The notes beneath the pieces are model-generated. The model was not told where the DNA came from. It did not search any database and worked only from the letters and a program-made list of their open reading frames with translations. Both the position numbers and the translations under genes were made by a program. Of a DNA stretch of 64,000 nt, positions 13,366 through 27,186 are shown one piece after another (the stretch's first letter is position 1; every line of letters begins with the position of its first letter). The stretch is taken from NCBI GenBank assembly GCA_964016885.1, contig OZ024757.1, positions 38,254,001 through 38,318,000 on the forward strand, given 5' to 3'. Source of the stretch: Eledone cirrhosa. Lineage: Eukaryota.

Positions 13366-13894
13366 TGTAGTTATAATAGCTATACTTTTATACATGCAGA
13401 TTATATATTCATGTTCCTACACTTCTTCTTCCTTCTCCTCCTCCATCATCATCATCATCGCCATCATCATCATCATCCATTTTGTTTCATTGTGGAGGAC
13501 ACAATGAATCGCCAATTAGGAGTGGGTCATGCCTAACAGACCTGCATGGTGTCACGTTCCATGTGTTTCTGTCCGCCGGTCTCACTTGAGCCTGGCCAAG
13601 CCTAGCTTCGTGTCTTTATTCAATCTACTTTAGGTAGTTATTCTATTACTTGCACTGGAAGGAATGTTTCAATGTTACAGTAAATCTGCTTCTCGCACCC
13701 TGACACCTACATGTTTGGCACCTGTACCAAAGACACATACATCTACTAAATTACTTCATGTATGAGTTAATGAACTTGAAATTATTCTACTAACTCAAAA
13801 TCAAACATTATGTACATAAATCTGCATATTTAAATTGAAATATAGGTGTACGACTAATGCTTGTAACGAGAAGAGAAACTTAAGAAATGTGAGG

Positions 13895-13958
13895 AATGTA
13901 CTAATAGAGAACTAATGTACTAATAGAGAACTAATGTACTAATGTACTAATAGAGAAC
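13895..13958. repeat. Short tandem repeat AATGTACTAATAGAGAACT, three copies
   Basis: Directly visible. Confidence 0.8.
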
Positions 13959-14020
13959 ACACCTGAAATATATATTCTATCACCTCTACTTGAGATGAAA
14001 CAATAATATTTTGCTGTATA

Positions 14021-14208
14021 TGGTGGTGAATTGGCAGTATCGGTACCGGTCGGACATGCTTTCCGGCATAGTTACGACCCTTTACGATTTGAGTTCAAAT
14101 CCCGCCGAGGTTGTCTTTGCCTTTCATCCTTACGGGGTCGATAAAATAAAGTACCAGTAATACACTGGGGTAATTGGTGGCCTTGTGCCAAAAGTCGAGA
14201 CAATTATT
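14021..14208 (+). mobile_element. SINE family A, full length
   Basis: As at 367-553. Confidence 0.9.
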
Positions 14209-14546
14209 TTGCAGTATTGAAAGCAATTCAATGCATGCATTCATAGTACCATTTGTGAAGTAATCCCTTTCTTGTTCTCCCCCTCCCCACTTTCCCTCTC
14301 TGTATTTATATGATTAGTTTGATTATAATAACATGAGGCCGGATTGGTGATCTTCCTTCAAAGTTTTATTGGTGCAAAAACACTATATATAATTCAGGGC
14401 TTGGATACCACAACATCAGGTGCTATGAATAAGTTGCGTAACTTAGAGTGCTTTTCCTACCATACATTATGGTTAACTAACTAAACAGAATGACTAGTTA
14501 TGTCCAGTGGAGAACCATAAAACACACACACACACACACACACACT

Positions 14547-14710
14547 GAGCTTTTCATCCTCAGTGTAGACTGTGTCGATGAGTGTGGGCTGAGAATAAAT
14601 GAGACTAAAACAAAATATCTGGTAGAGAATGTTGAGAAGCCAGAGGGGATCACTAAAGTAGGCGGGAAGCCGCTAGAATTGATTGAGGACTTCCTGTATT
14701 TGGGAGCAAA
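14547..14710 (+). mobile_element. LINE reverse-transcriptase fragment (RTE-like)
   Basis: ECGLRINETKTKYL...LELIEDFLYLGA matches the GLxINxxKT / FxYLG motifs of non-LTR RT domains 6-7. Confidence 0.8.
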
Positions 14711-14843
14711 GTTGGGAAAGGTGAAAGTATATGGAGAAGAAAATGTATGATTTTTCAAATCATTAGCGACATAATATCGAAAATGTTACAGGAATACAGA
14801 TGGAGGCTAGTAATAAATAGAGCGATGAAATATCTCGTGTAGG

Positions 14844-15467
14844 TCTCTCTCTATTCCTCTTTCTTACTCTATCTCTCTCTATCCCTATTTATCTTTCTTT
14901 CTCTCTCTCTGTGTTTTCTCTCTTTTTCTCTTTCTTTCAATCTTCGTGTCTCATTCTCTCTCCTGCTCTCTTTCTTTCTCTCTCTCCCCCTCTCCCTTAT
15001 TCTCTCTCCTGCGCTCCCCCTTTCTCTTGCACTCTCCCTTTCTCTATATTTCTCCCTCTCTGTCTTTCTTTTTGTCTCTCTCTTTCTCACTCTACATATA
15101 TCTCTCCCCCTTTCTATATATCTCTCTCCCCCTTTCTCTCTTTACATATCTCTCTCCCCCTTTCTCTCTTTACATATCTCTCTCCCCCTTTCTCTCTTTA
15201 CATGTCTCTCCCCCCGTTTCTCTCTTTCTCTCTCACCATACCTCTCTCTTTCTCTATATATTTCTCTTCCCCCCTCTCTTTCTCTCTCTATGCATTTCTC
15301 GTCCTGCCTCTCTCTCTCTATATATATTTCTAATCCTCTCACTCTATATCTCTCTCTCTCTCTCTATCTATCTTTCTCTGTGTAGTGTTAATTGGTGCAA
15401 GTGCGTGTGAGTGTGTGTGTGTGTGTGTATGTGTGTGAGTGTGTGTCTATGAGTGTGTGTGAGTGAG

Positions 15468-15498
<31 letters not shown>

Positions 15499-15512
15499 TG
15501 TGTGTGTGTGTG
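14844..15512. repeat. (CT)n-rich tract followed by (GT)n
   Basis: Directly visible. Confidence 0.9.
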
Positions 15513-15874
15513 ATAAAGTTAAAGGTGAACGAACACAAATGAGCTTCGGCAGCAACCTGTATATTGAAACAACAGAGAATAACAATAGGAATCAATGTCA
15601 GGAAAGAGTAGGGCAAGAACAAGTATACTGTAAGACAGGAGATATATTATACAGTTCAATATAACAAGCAACAACACAGCTGCAACAAATAGACGAAAGA
15701 ATGGGTATTGAAGTGAACATAACTGCAAAACTAACTAAATATATTCGGATAATCGATAATTATATAGAGAGAGAATTAGAAAACAAAATTCTATAGGAAT
15801 TGATAAATTATATGAATGATTCATAATAAAAAAGGAAAGCAAAAATTAAGTCGATATGAAAAAGGGTGAGGAAC

Positions 15875-16127
15875 TATATATATATATGTATGTATATATA
15901 TATATATATGTGTGTATATATATATATATGTATATATATGTGTGTGTATATATATGGATATATATATGTATATATATATGTATATATATATACATATATA
16001 TATATATATGTATATATATATACATATATATATATATGTATATATATATATATGTATATATATATACATATATATATATATGGATATATATATATATATA
16101 TGGATATATATATGTATATATATATGG

Positions 16128-16158
<31 letters not shown>

Positions 16159-16201
16159 TATGTATATATATATATGGATATATATATGTATATATATATG
16201 G

Positions 16202-16232
<31 letters not shown>

Positions 16233-17069
16233 TATGTATATATATATATGGATATATATATGTATATATATATGTATATATATATATATGTATATATATA
16301 TATGTATATATATATATGTATATGTATGTATATATATGTATATGTATGTATATATATATATATATGTATATATATGTATGTATATATATATATATGTATG
16401 TATATATATATATATGTATATATATGTATGTATATGTATATATATGTATATATATGTATGTATATGTATATATATGTATATATATGTATATGTGTATATA
16501 TATATGTATATATATATATAGATGTATATATATGTATATATATATAGATGTATATATATATATAGATGTATATATATAGATGTATGTATATATATATATA
16601 CATATATATATATACACATGTATATATATAATGATGTATATATATATATACACATGTATATATATATAATGATGTGTATATATATATATATATACACATA
16701 TATATATATATATGTATATATATAATGATGTATATATATATATACACATATATAAATATATACACATGTATATATATATAATGATATATATATATATATA
16801 TACACATATATATATATATACATGTATATATATAATGATGTATATATATATATACACATATATATATATACATGTATATATATAATGATGTATATATATA
16901 TATACACATATATATATATATACATGTATATATATAATGATGTATATATATATATACACATATATATATATGTATATATATGTATGTATATATATACACA
17001 TATATATATTTATATATGTATATATATATATGTATGTATATGTATATATATATATGTATGTATATATAG

Positions 17070-17141
<72 letters not shown>

Positions 17142-17718
17142 GTTTATATATGTATATATATATATATGTATATATACATGAATATATATGTATATATGTG
17201 TATATATATATATATGTATATATATGTATATATATGGAAATATATATATGTATATATATGGAAATATATATATGTATATATATGGAAATATATATATGTA
17301 TATATATGTATATATATATATGTATATATGTATATATATATGTATATATGTATATATATATGTATGTATGTATATATGTATGTATATATATGTGTATATT
17401 TATGTATATATATATGTATATATATATGTATATATATATATGTATATATATATGTATATATATATATGTATGTATATATGTGTGTATATATATGTGTATA
17501 TATATGTATATATGTATGTATATATGTATGTATATATATGTGTATATATATGTGTATATATTTGTATATATATATGTATATATATATGTATATATATATG
17601 TATATATATATATGTATATATGTATGTATATATATGTATATATATGTATGTATATGTATGTATATATATGTATATATATGTATGTATATATATGTATATA
17701 TATGTATGTATATATATG

Positions 17719-17783
<65 letters not shown>

Positions 17784-17986
17784 GTATATATATGTATATA
17801 TATGTATGTATATATGTATATATATGTATATATATGTATCTGTATATATATATGTATGTATATATGTATATATATGTATCTGTATATATATATGTATATA
17901 TATATGTATATATATGTATCTGTATATATATATATATGTATATATATACATATATATACATATACATACATATACATATACATATA

Positions 17987-18020
<34 letters not shown>

Positions 18021-18189
18021 CATATATATATATACATATATATATACATATATATATATACATATATATATATACATATATATATACATATATACATCCA
18101 TATATATATACACACACACATATATATATACATATATACACACACACATACACACACACATATATATATACATATATACACACACACAT

Positions 18190-18240
<51 letters not shown>

Positions 18241-18500
18241 TATATGTAAATATGTATCTATATATATATATATGTAAATATGTATGTATGTATACATATA
18301 TATGTAAATATGTATGTATGTATACATATATATGTAAATATGTATGTATGTATACATATATATGTAAATATGTATGTATGTATACATATATATGTAAATA
18401 TAGATGTATATATATATATATATGTAAATATGTATCTATATATATACACATATATAATATATGTATATATATATATATATATGTCTATATATATACATAT
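15875..18500. repeat. ~2.6-kb interrupted (TA)n array with local sub-repeats
   Basis: Directly visible; includes sub-units such as TACATGTATATATAATGATG and the 40-bp TATGTAAATATGTATGTATGTATACATATA-type repeats. Confidence 0.95.
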
Positions 18501-18709
18501 GGGTGGTATGGAAGATGTTTATTCAACAGTAATATTACATCGATTCTGACTATAAATGTAGTGACATTGGTGTTTCATGCTGCAATGATCTTTAGACAGA
18601 GTTCTTTGCTGTCTGAAGACTACATCTAGCGTGAATCATCATTTGACAAGCGTGGTACATTGAAATTGCTGGCCATATTTATATATATATATATAAATAT
18701 ATATATATA

Positions 18710-18744
<35 letters not shown>

Positions 18745-18780
18745 GCGTGTGTATATGTGTGTGTGTGTGTATATATATAT

Positions 18781-18823
18781 TCATCATCGTTTAACGTCTA
18801 TCTTCCACCCCGGCATGGGTTAG
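18781..18823 (-). mobile_element. SINE 3' tail fragment
   Basis: Minus strand reads aacccatgccgggtggaagatagacgttaaacgatgatga, a hairpin plus (TGA)n retroposon-type tail. Confidence 0.55.
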
Positions 18824-19007
18824 ATATGTATATATATATATACATATATAGTGTGTGTGTATATATATGTATATCTATTTAGATATATGTGTGTGTGTGT
18901 GAGTATATATATATATATTTATATATATATATATATATAGTGTGTGTATGTGTATGTGTATATATATATAGTGTGTGTATATATATGTATGTATGTCTAT
19001 ATATATA

Positions 19008-19040
<33 letters not shown>

Positions 19041-19226
19041 GTGCGTGTGTACGTATGTGTATATATATGCAATAAATATATATATATATGTATACATATG
19101 TATATATATATATATATATATTTATGTGTACGTATGTATATATATATATGTATATATATACACTTATGTGTACGTATGTATATCATATATATACATATAT
19201 GTATATTTTTATGATGTGTACGTACG

Positions 19227-19283
<57 letters not shown>

Positions 19284-19329
19284 TTATAATGTGTAGTTCC
19301 GTATATATATATATATATATATATGTTGG

Positions 19330-19525
19330 AGGTGAGTTTTATTGTAGTACAATAAAGCATATGTTGATTTAAAACTGCCCTATCCACAAGTGTTTTTTAA
19401 CCTTCATATCATGTCTTCCTGTTTTATCTGATGAAAACACAAATATTATTGCATGAAGATATTTGTTTTTGAAATGCGCATAATAAAATACATGGAACTC
19501 TTTTAACCATCTTTTGTTCTTATAT
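19330..19525 (+). mobile_element. Hammerhead-bearing repeat family HH-B, copy 1
   Basis: Close reverse-complement copy at 29949-30116; (TA)n on both sides. Confidence 0.8.
19421..19488 (+). ncRNA. Type I hammerhead ribozyme with an intact core
   Basis: Stem I TTTTAT/ATAAAA; CTGATGA at 19428-19434; stem II ACAAATAT/ATATTTGT; GAAA at 19471; palindromic stem III ATGCGCAT; predicted AUA cleavage after 19482. Confidence 0.75.
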
Positions 19526-19529
19526 ATTA

Positions 19530-19960
19530 TATATATATATATATATACTTAATGTGTACGTATATATATATATATATGTATGTATATATGTATGTATATA
19601 TATATATATATGTATATATATATGTATATATATATTTATATATGTATATATATATGTATATATATATTTATATATGTATATGTATATATATATTTATATA
19701 TGTATATATATATTTATATATATATTTATATATGTATATATATATTTATATATGTATATATATATATTTATATATGTATATATATATTTATATATGTATA
19801 TATATATTTATATATGTATATATATATTTATATATGTATATATATATTTATATATGTATATATATATTTATATATGTATATATATATTTATATATGTATA
19901 TATCTATTTATATATGTATATATATATTTATATATGTATATATATATTTATATATATATT

Positions 19961-19991
<31 letters not shown>

Positions 19992-20838
19992 GCATATTTA
20001 TAGAGGTATATATATATATATGTGTATATATATATATGTATATTTATATATGTATATTTATATATGTGTATATTTATATGTGTATATTTATATATGTATA
20101 TTTATATATGTGTATATTTATATATGTGTATATTTATATGTGTATATTTATATATGTATATTTATATATGTATATTTATATATGTGTATATATATATATG
20201 TGTATATATATATATGTATATATATATATGTCTATATATATATATGTGTATATATATATATGTATGTATGTATATGTATATATATATATATGTATATTTA
20301 TATATGTGTATATATATGTGTATATATATATATGTATATTTATATATGTGTATATATATGTGTATATATATATATGTATATTTATATATGTGTATATATA
20401 TATGTATATTTATATATGTGTATATATATATGTATATTTAGATATGTACATATATATATATGTATGTATGTATATGTATATATATATATATGTATATTTA
20501 TATATGTGTATATATATATATGTATATTTATATATGTGTATTTAGATATGTACATGTATATATGTATATTTATATATGTGTATTTAGATATGTACATATA
20601 TATATATATATGTATATATGTACATATATATATGTATATATATACATGTATATATATGTATAAATACATCTATATATATACATGTATATATATGTATAAA
20701 TATATGTATATATATATACATGTATATATATGTATAAATATATGTATATATATGTATATATATACATGTATATAAATGTATACATATATGTATATACATG
20801 TATATAAATGTATACATATATGTATATATATGTATAAA

Positions 20839-20886
<48 letters not shown>

Positions 20887-20900
20887 AGTACATATATACA
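19530..20900. repeat. Interrupted (TA)n array with 20-bp TATATATTTATATATGTATA units
   Basis: Directly visible. Confidence 0.95.
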
Positions 20901-21299
20901 GACGTATATAGATATAACCTTTCAAAATGAACTAGACATTGTTACAAACTCATATTTATTCAACGAGATAATATCAATAGATATAAGACTGGATTTGGTG
21001 TTAAAAGGTCTACTCCACAAACCAACAAGGTCATACGTCTATATAGTTTATAAACACGGAATTATTCTTTGTATTAGTCTATAGTATTAGTTTTCTAGTA
21101 CGATGTTTAGTAAATGACAAATAAACAAGTAGAATTATTATTTCGAAATTAAAGCTTAGAATTCAACTTAGATGTCCACGTAGGAATGTTTCTAATTAAA
21201 TGAAAAAGCAAAGCTCGCTGTTTTAAATTCAGTTTTTGTGCCAACCCTTACCTAAGGTTATGAATCTTGGGTAATGACCAAAAGAATACGATCGCGAAT

Positions 21300-21552
21300 A
21301 AAAGCGGCCGAACAGGATTCAGTCGAAGGGTCTTTCGAGTAACCTTACTCGATAAAATGCGTAACTCGGAGATCAGAGACTCACTCCAAGTAGAGCCGCT
21401 ACTGGTCTGAGTTGAGAGATCACAGCTCCAATACTATGTATGGGCCAGTGGTTAGAAAATATTAGCAAAGAATGTGTAAGTCGAGATCACAGTCACTCCA
21501 AGAAGAACCGCTATCTCTCCGAATTGAGAGATGACAGCTCCTATTCTATGAA
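21300..21552 (+). mobile_element. RTE-like LINE fragment, same family as 1036-1510, also with a tandem duplication
   Basis: LDKMRNSEIRDSLQVEPLLV*VERSQLQYY; the segment is repeated at 21481-21550. Confidence 0.7.
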
Positions 21553-21784
21553 CAATTTGTTACAATGTCTCAGTTAACAATTGCTGGGCAGAGAAATCTG
21601 CTGTATTTGGAGAAGGAAAGGAAATGAGCTCCGCCTGGTTTTTAAATGTACTAGAAACGCTGTATGTCAAAACGACACCCAACTGGTTCACCAGGAGTTG
21701 CGGGTCCATACATGCATATATATATATTTGTATGTATAGATGTATAGAAGTGCGTTTGTGTGTGTATGTATGAATGGTTGTATG

Positions 21785-22808
21785 TTCTTCTGGTTTTATA
21801 ATTTCACAAAGTTTTACCAATAGAGAGAGAGTCGGTTTCTAACATAGACACAGACTGTCTCATTGGAATTTACACAACATCAACTAGGTAGATTATGTAT
21901 GCATGCATGTGTAGATATGGATGTTATTGTATGTGTAGATGTGTATGTTTTGAGTTGTATGTGTGCATGTGTATATGCTTTGCATCTGTACATGTGTATA
22001 TGCTGTTATTAGATGCAAAATGTTTGGAATGTTTAACATATTTTTACTGTTCCATTAATGGATTGTACTTGTAATTTCCTAACTAGTTGTGTTCTTTCTG
22101 TTCCTGTGAAGCCTAGCTTCTCAAGATTTGTATTTAAGCAGTTACTAACATACCCCAGTGCCCCAATAATCACAGGCATAAATCTGAAGGTGTAATCAGG
22201 GTGGAGTATCTGCAGATTTCTCATCAGTTCTGCATAAATATTCTCTTTGATATCTTTGACATTATATTGGCATCTGCTGGGCAGCTAATTTCCACTATTG
22301 TGCATGCTTTCTTCTCCCTGTCCCATATAATAATATCTGGTCTGTTATGCCTGCATTTTATTGGGGTTTTTACTGGAACATTCCACCAGTACTCTTTCAT
22401 ATTATGTACATGGATGTCTTCCACATTGTTGTAGCTTTTAATGTGTATTATCGGGGCTATATTTTTACGAACTGCATTGTACAGTGTTTTGGCCACTACA
22501 TCATGCCTCATAGGTAGATAGTACCGCGATGACATCTTTGGACAGCTGCTGATGACATGGGTGATATCCTCGATGTTAGTTCTGCAGAGTCTGCACTTGT
22601 TATCACATCTAGGTGTTTTGCCTGCATCCCTATCTCTTTTGTGAATCAGGTATTTCGTGTTAACCTCCGGTTCTTGGATTGCAACAGCGTATCCTTCAAA
22701 GTGGGAGCCAATATAGCGGTTGTTGGTCCAATATAGACTACTTTCCTTATCTATATTATTCTCACTCAGGAGCTTCCTGGCAACATACCCATGCATGATT
22801 TTTTGCTT
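21785..22808 (-). mobile_element. 5'-truncated R4/Dong-like non-LTR retrotransposon with a restriction-like endonuclease (frameshifted ORF 22033-22805 plus 3'UTR)
   Basis: CCHC knuckle CRLC..EDITHVISSC, RHD motif, NRPDIIIWD..IVEISC (PD-(D/E)xK-type endonuclease) and PVIIGALG; frameshift near 22245; (CATA)n at both ends. Confidence 0.9.
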
Positions 22809-22826
22809 GTATGTATGTATGTATGT

Positions 22827-23152
22827 AAGCAATGCCCCGGTGTATCTCTCAAAGCGATCGGTGTCTCTATTGAATTGAAGTGCCCTGAGTGTGGAAACAC
22901 TTGCTTGAAAAAATCTGGACTGAGGAGGCACAGTCGCAGCCATGTTCAAAGAGAACCAGTGAACTATGATCTCCACGGTATTGTGAAGGTTCACATGCAA
23001 CATGATGCAAGACCTGAGGCCAGGGAGATCCATGGTTATCGTCAATGTGCGGAGGATTGCAAGCCTCGAACAGACTTGAAAAATCATATCCGGCATCACA
23101 CAGATGAATCTGACAAGCGATTGCAATACTCTTAGCAGAGTCTACAGTCATC
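22827..23152 (+). mobile_element. RTE-like LINE 3' end with degenerate C2H2-like fingers
   Basis: KCPECGNTCLKKSGLRRHSRSH and QCAEDCKPRTDLKNHIRHH; short ATACTC..GAGT..CATCAT tail also seen at 41150-41180. Confidence 0.55.
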
Positions 23153-23858
23153 ATATATGTATGAATATATGCATGTATGTATATATGCATGCATGCTTCC
23201 ATTTGTGTCTATATGTGTGTGTGTGTGTTTATAAAACGAAATTAATAGCTTCAGTAAAATTTTCTCATTTGAATTTAGGGAGTCTTGAAATAAACAGGCT
23301 GCTATCTAGAGTATCTCAACCACTATCACAGAGATTCTTACGTTGGCGTTTGTGGTGTTTAACTTTCTGCTCAATTATCGAAAAGATCATTTAAACTTGA
23401 AACATAGTAGATTCGTAAAACCAAGAGGAAATAGCTTATTAGAATACACGAGGTGTTGTTTGTGAAATATAACTGTGTTATAAATATATTTAAATTAGTA
23501 TATACATATTGTTTTCTTTGGGTATTTAGACTTTATACAATGGACATGATTCTGTAAACAATTTGATTGCAATAATCCAGAAAATTTGTTGCTGTTTTTT
23601 CTTTTACCTCGTTCGCCTAAAACAATTCTCTATTATCTATTATTCTCTGTTTGTGTCTTGATAAAAGATATGTGATATTCTATAATGGATTCGGTCGATG
23701 TTTCCGATTAGTATGTCTAGACAAGAATTTCCTTGAAACTTATTTTTCCTGTAAAATTAGGAAATGGATGACTAGATTTCATGTCTCATGAAATATTTTC
23801 AATTGCTTTCCAGAATTCATTCACATTAGGACACATTCAGCCGGAAATTGCTTCCATG

Positions 23859-23910
<52 letters not shown>

Positions 23911-23916
23911 CTACGC

Positions 23917-23963
<47 letters not shown>

Positions 23964-24174
23964 TGTTTGTGAGTCTGCCAGCATGACTCTGTCTGTACGT
24001 GGTCAGCTGTATGAGATGAGTTAAAACGTGGAATTTTAAATAACTGTCACAAATATCCAAGCATTAGAGTGACGACATCCGTCGGAATACTGTTTGGTTT
24101 TATTCAATTTCCTAAGTTATGTTTCTACTGTTCCGAAAATATACAGAGTTACATATATATATATATATATATAT

Positions 24175-24366
24175 AACAAAGAAAGCGTGGTAAGAAAACA
24201 GTTGGACCATAATGCACCGAAGTAGTCGATATTTAGGGTAGTAGAGTGGGTAATAGGGTAAGAGTCAGGAACCCGACGGCTGAGCTCTGGCCGTTTCGAC
24301 AGCTAGATTCGAACTAGCTGTCGAAACGGCCGGAGCTCAGTCGTCGTGGTCCTGACACTTTTCCTA
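24175..24366 (-). mobile_element. P1 family palindromic element
   Basis: Inverted repeat ~24254-24366 centred on AGCTAG-ATTCGAA-CTAGCT; tail homologous to 2760-2848 in reverse. Confidence 0.75.
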
Positions 24367-24378
24367 TATATATATATA

Positions 24379-24517
24379 TGAGAAAAACCACAGACCCTCC
24401 ATCTCAACTTTACTTTTGAAAAGCAGAAGAACTGCGAAACCGGTAACGGAACCAAATAAAGATATATATTTTAAAAAAAATAAGACTCCAGTTGCATTTT
24501 CGATTTCAGCACTTTTT

Positions 24518-24520
<3 letters not shown>
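24379..24520 (+). mobile_element. Hammerhead-bearing repeat family HH-E
   Basis: Near-identical to both arms of 48447-48735. Confidence 0.8.
24413..24448 (+). ncRNA. Minimal type I hammerhead ribozyme, U3:A8 variant
   Basis: TTGAAAA-GCAG-AAGAA-CTGC-GAA-ACCGGT-A; palindromic stem III ACCGGT with a GUA triplet; stem I is weak in this copy. Confidence 0.6.
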
Positions 24521-24566
<46 letters not shown>

Positions 24567-24620
24567 GTCTATATTTTAAAAGGTCGGGACCCGGCGGCTT
24601 AGCTCTTCCCGTTTAAAATG

Positions 24621-24670
<50 letters not shown>

Positions 24671-25087
24671 GGGTGTGTGTATATATATAAATATATTTAT
24701 TTTCTTAAATATATTACACACTCTATTACATTATGTCACAGATTTCTAAGGCTGCCATAATGTTTTCTAATAGGTCAGTCAAATACGATTGAGAAAATCC
24801 TATTGTCATATACATTTCATGCTCCGTCAAATTGAAGAGAGGAATAAGAAAGAACGTTTACTGGATTCCGACTGTCAGGCATCAGAAGTCGTCGGTGAGA
24901 TTTACACACATGCATGTACACCCGGTCACGTACACATATGCACATACACACACATACACACACATTCACACTGTGTCACTCACTCACTCACTCATTCACG
25001 CACGCAGTCACTCACGCACGCACGCTCTCACTCAATCACTTATTCACTTACTCACTCATACACTCTCTCCGTACACACACACACACA

Positions 25088-25103
25088 CATATATAGATAT
25101 ATC

Positions 25104-25150
<47 letters not shown>

Positions 25151-25171
25151 CTCCATATATATATATATATC

Positions 25172-25206
<35 letters not shown>

Positions 25207-25297
25207 ACATATATATATATATATATATCTACATATATATATATATATCTACATATATATATATATATATATCTACATATATATATATATATATATC

Positions 25298-25335
<38 letters not shown>

Positions 25336-25382
25336 GATATATATATATATATATATATGTAGATATATATATATATATGTAG

Positions 25383-25439
<57 letters not shown>

Positions 25440-25456
25440 GATATATATATATATAT

Positions 25457-25506
<50 letters not shown>

Positions 25507-25555
25507 CTCCATATATATACATATATATATATATCTCCATATATATATATATATC

Positions 25556-25586
<31 letters not shown>

Positions 25587-25615
25587 CTACATATATATAT
25601 ATATATATATATATC

Positions 25616-25650
<35 letters not shown>

Positions 25651-25675
25651 ACATATATATATATATATATATCTA

Positions 25676-25710
<35 letters not shown>

Positions 25711-25918
25711 CTACATATATATATATCTATATATATATATATATATCTACATATATATATATATATATCTACATATATATATATATATATATCTACATAT
25801 ATATATATATATATATCTACATATATAGATATATATATATATATATATGTAGATATATATATATATATGTAGATATATATATATATATATATGTAGATAT
25901 ATATATATATATATATGT

Positions 25919-25952
<34 letters not shown>

Positions 25953-26123
25953 ACATATATATATATATATCTACATATATATATATATATATATCTATAT
26001 ATATATATATATCTACATATATATATATATATCTACATATATATATATATATATATCTATATATATATATATATATCTACATATATATATATATATCTAC
26101 ATATATATATATATATATCTATA

Positions 26124-26161
<38 letters not shown>

Positions 26162-26267
26162 TACATATATATATATCTACATGTATATATATATATATAT
26201 CTACATATATATATATATATATATCTACATATATATATATATATATCTATATATATATATACATATC

Positions 26268-26312
<45 letters not shown>

Positions 26313-26335
26313 ATATATATCTATATATATATATA

Positions 26336-26372
<37 letters not shown>

Positions 26373-26427
26373 ATATATATCTATATATATATATATCTAT
26401 ATATATATATATCTCTATATATATATA

Positions 26428-26465
<38 letters not shown>

Positions 26466-26602
26466 CATATATATATATTTACATATATATACATATATTT
26501 ACATATATATACATATATATTTACATATATATATACATATCTATATATTTACATATATATATATATATATACTGCCTCTCTGTTTTGTTCCCGTTCAATT
26601 TT

Positions 26603-26635
<33 letters not shown>
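25088..26635. repeat. ~1.5-kb (TA)n array with TCTAC/GTAGA interruptions
   Basis: Directly visible. Confidence 0.95.
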
Positions 26636-26637
<2 letters not shown>

Positions 26638-26645
26638 GAAAGCCA

Positions 26646-26997
26646 TGAACGACACAACACCTTTTTTAACGTTGATTTTGAAAGTAGATTTATAATTATT
26701 AATTTTCTTTACACTTTTGTAGCTGTCTCAGCGGCCTGATTGCAGGAACCCTAGACGTTGGTGATACTCGTCTGAAGGTCGCTCCTGGCCGGGAGTAGGG
26801 TTCCTGGTGAACCATTTGAGTTTTTTTCTATGGGATGTAAAATAAAAACTGAAAAAAGGTTATATGTACCCCTTGGCCAGAATTGAACCCAAGACCAAGA
26901 TCTCCATCGTCTCTACTACCTACCGGTAGGCTACTGAAATAGCTACGAAAGTCCTATGACAATTCATACTTATAAACCTACTTTCAAAATGTTCAAT
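26646..26997. mobile_element. Inverted twin tRNA-like element, copy 1
   Basis: Inverted ends TTTTGAAAGTAG.TTTATAA / TTATAAACCTACTTTCAAAA; tRNA-like units at 26719-26795 (+) and 26868-26946 (-); homologue at 34514-34856. Confidence 0.75.
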
Positions 26998-27003
26998 AAA
27001 AAA

Positions 27004-27186
27004 TGATTGGCGGTATCAGTAGAGGGTCGGACACGATGATTTGCTGCATATAGTTACGTCCCTTTACATTCTGATTCCAAATCCCTCCGAAATTAACTTT
27101 GCCATTCATCATTACGAGGTCGATAAAATAAAGTACCAGTAATACACTGGGGTCATTGCTGGCCTTGTGCCCAAAATAGAAACAAT
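27004..27186 (+). mobile_element. SINE family A, full length
   Basis: As at 367-553. Confidence 0.85.

Noticed and set aside
22867-23126. N-terminal part of ORF 22224-23126 as part of the R4-like protein, or 22791-23135 as a host C2H2 zinc-finger gene
   Set aside because: The minus ORF reads through the (TACA)n junction by chance; the plus-strand fingers lack TGEKP linkers and end in an RTE-type tail
26719-26946. Functional tRNA genes
   Set aside because: A/B boxes are present but there is no convincing cloverleaf, and the copies diverge like decayed repeats
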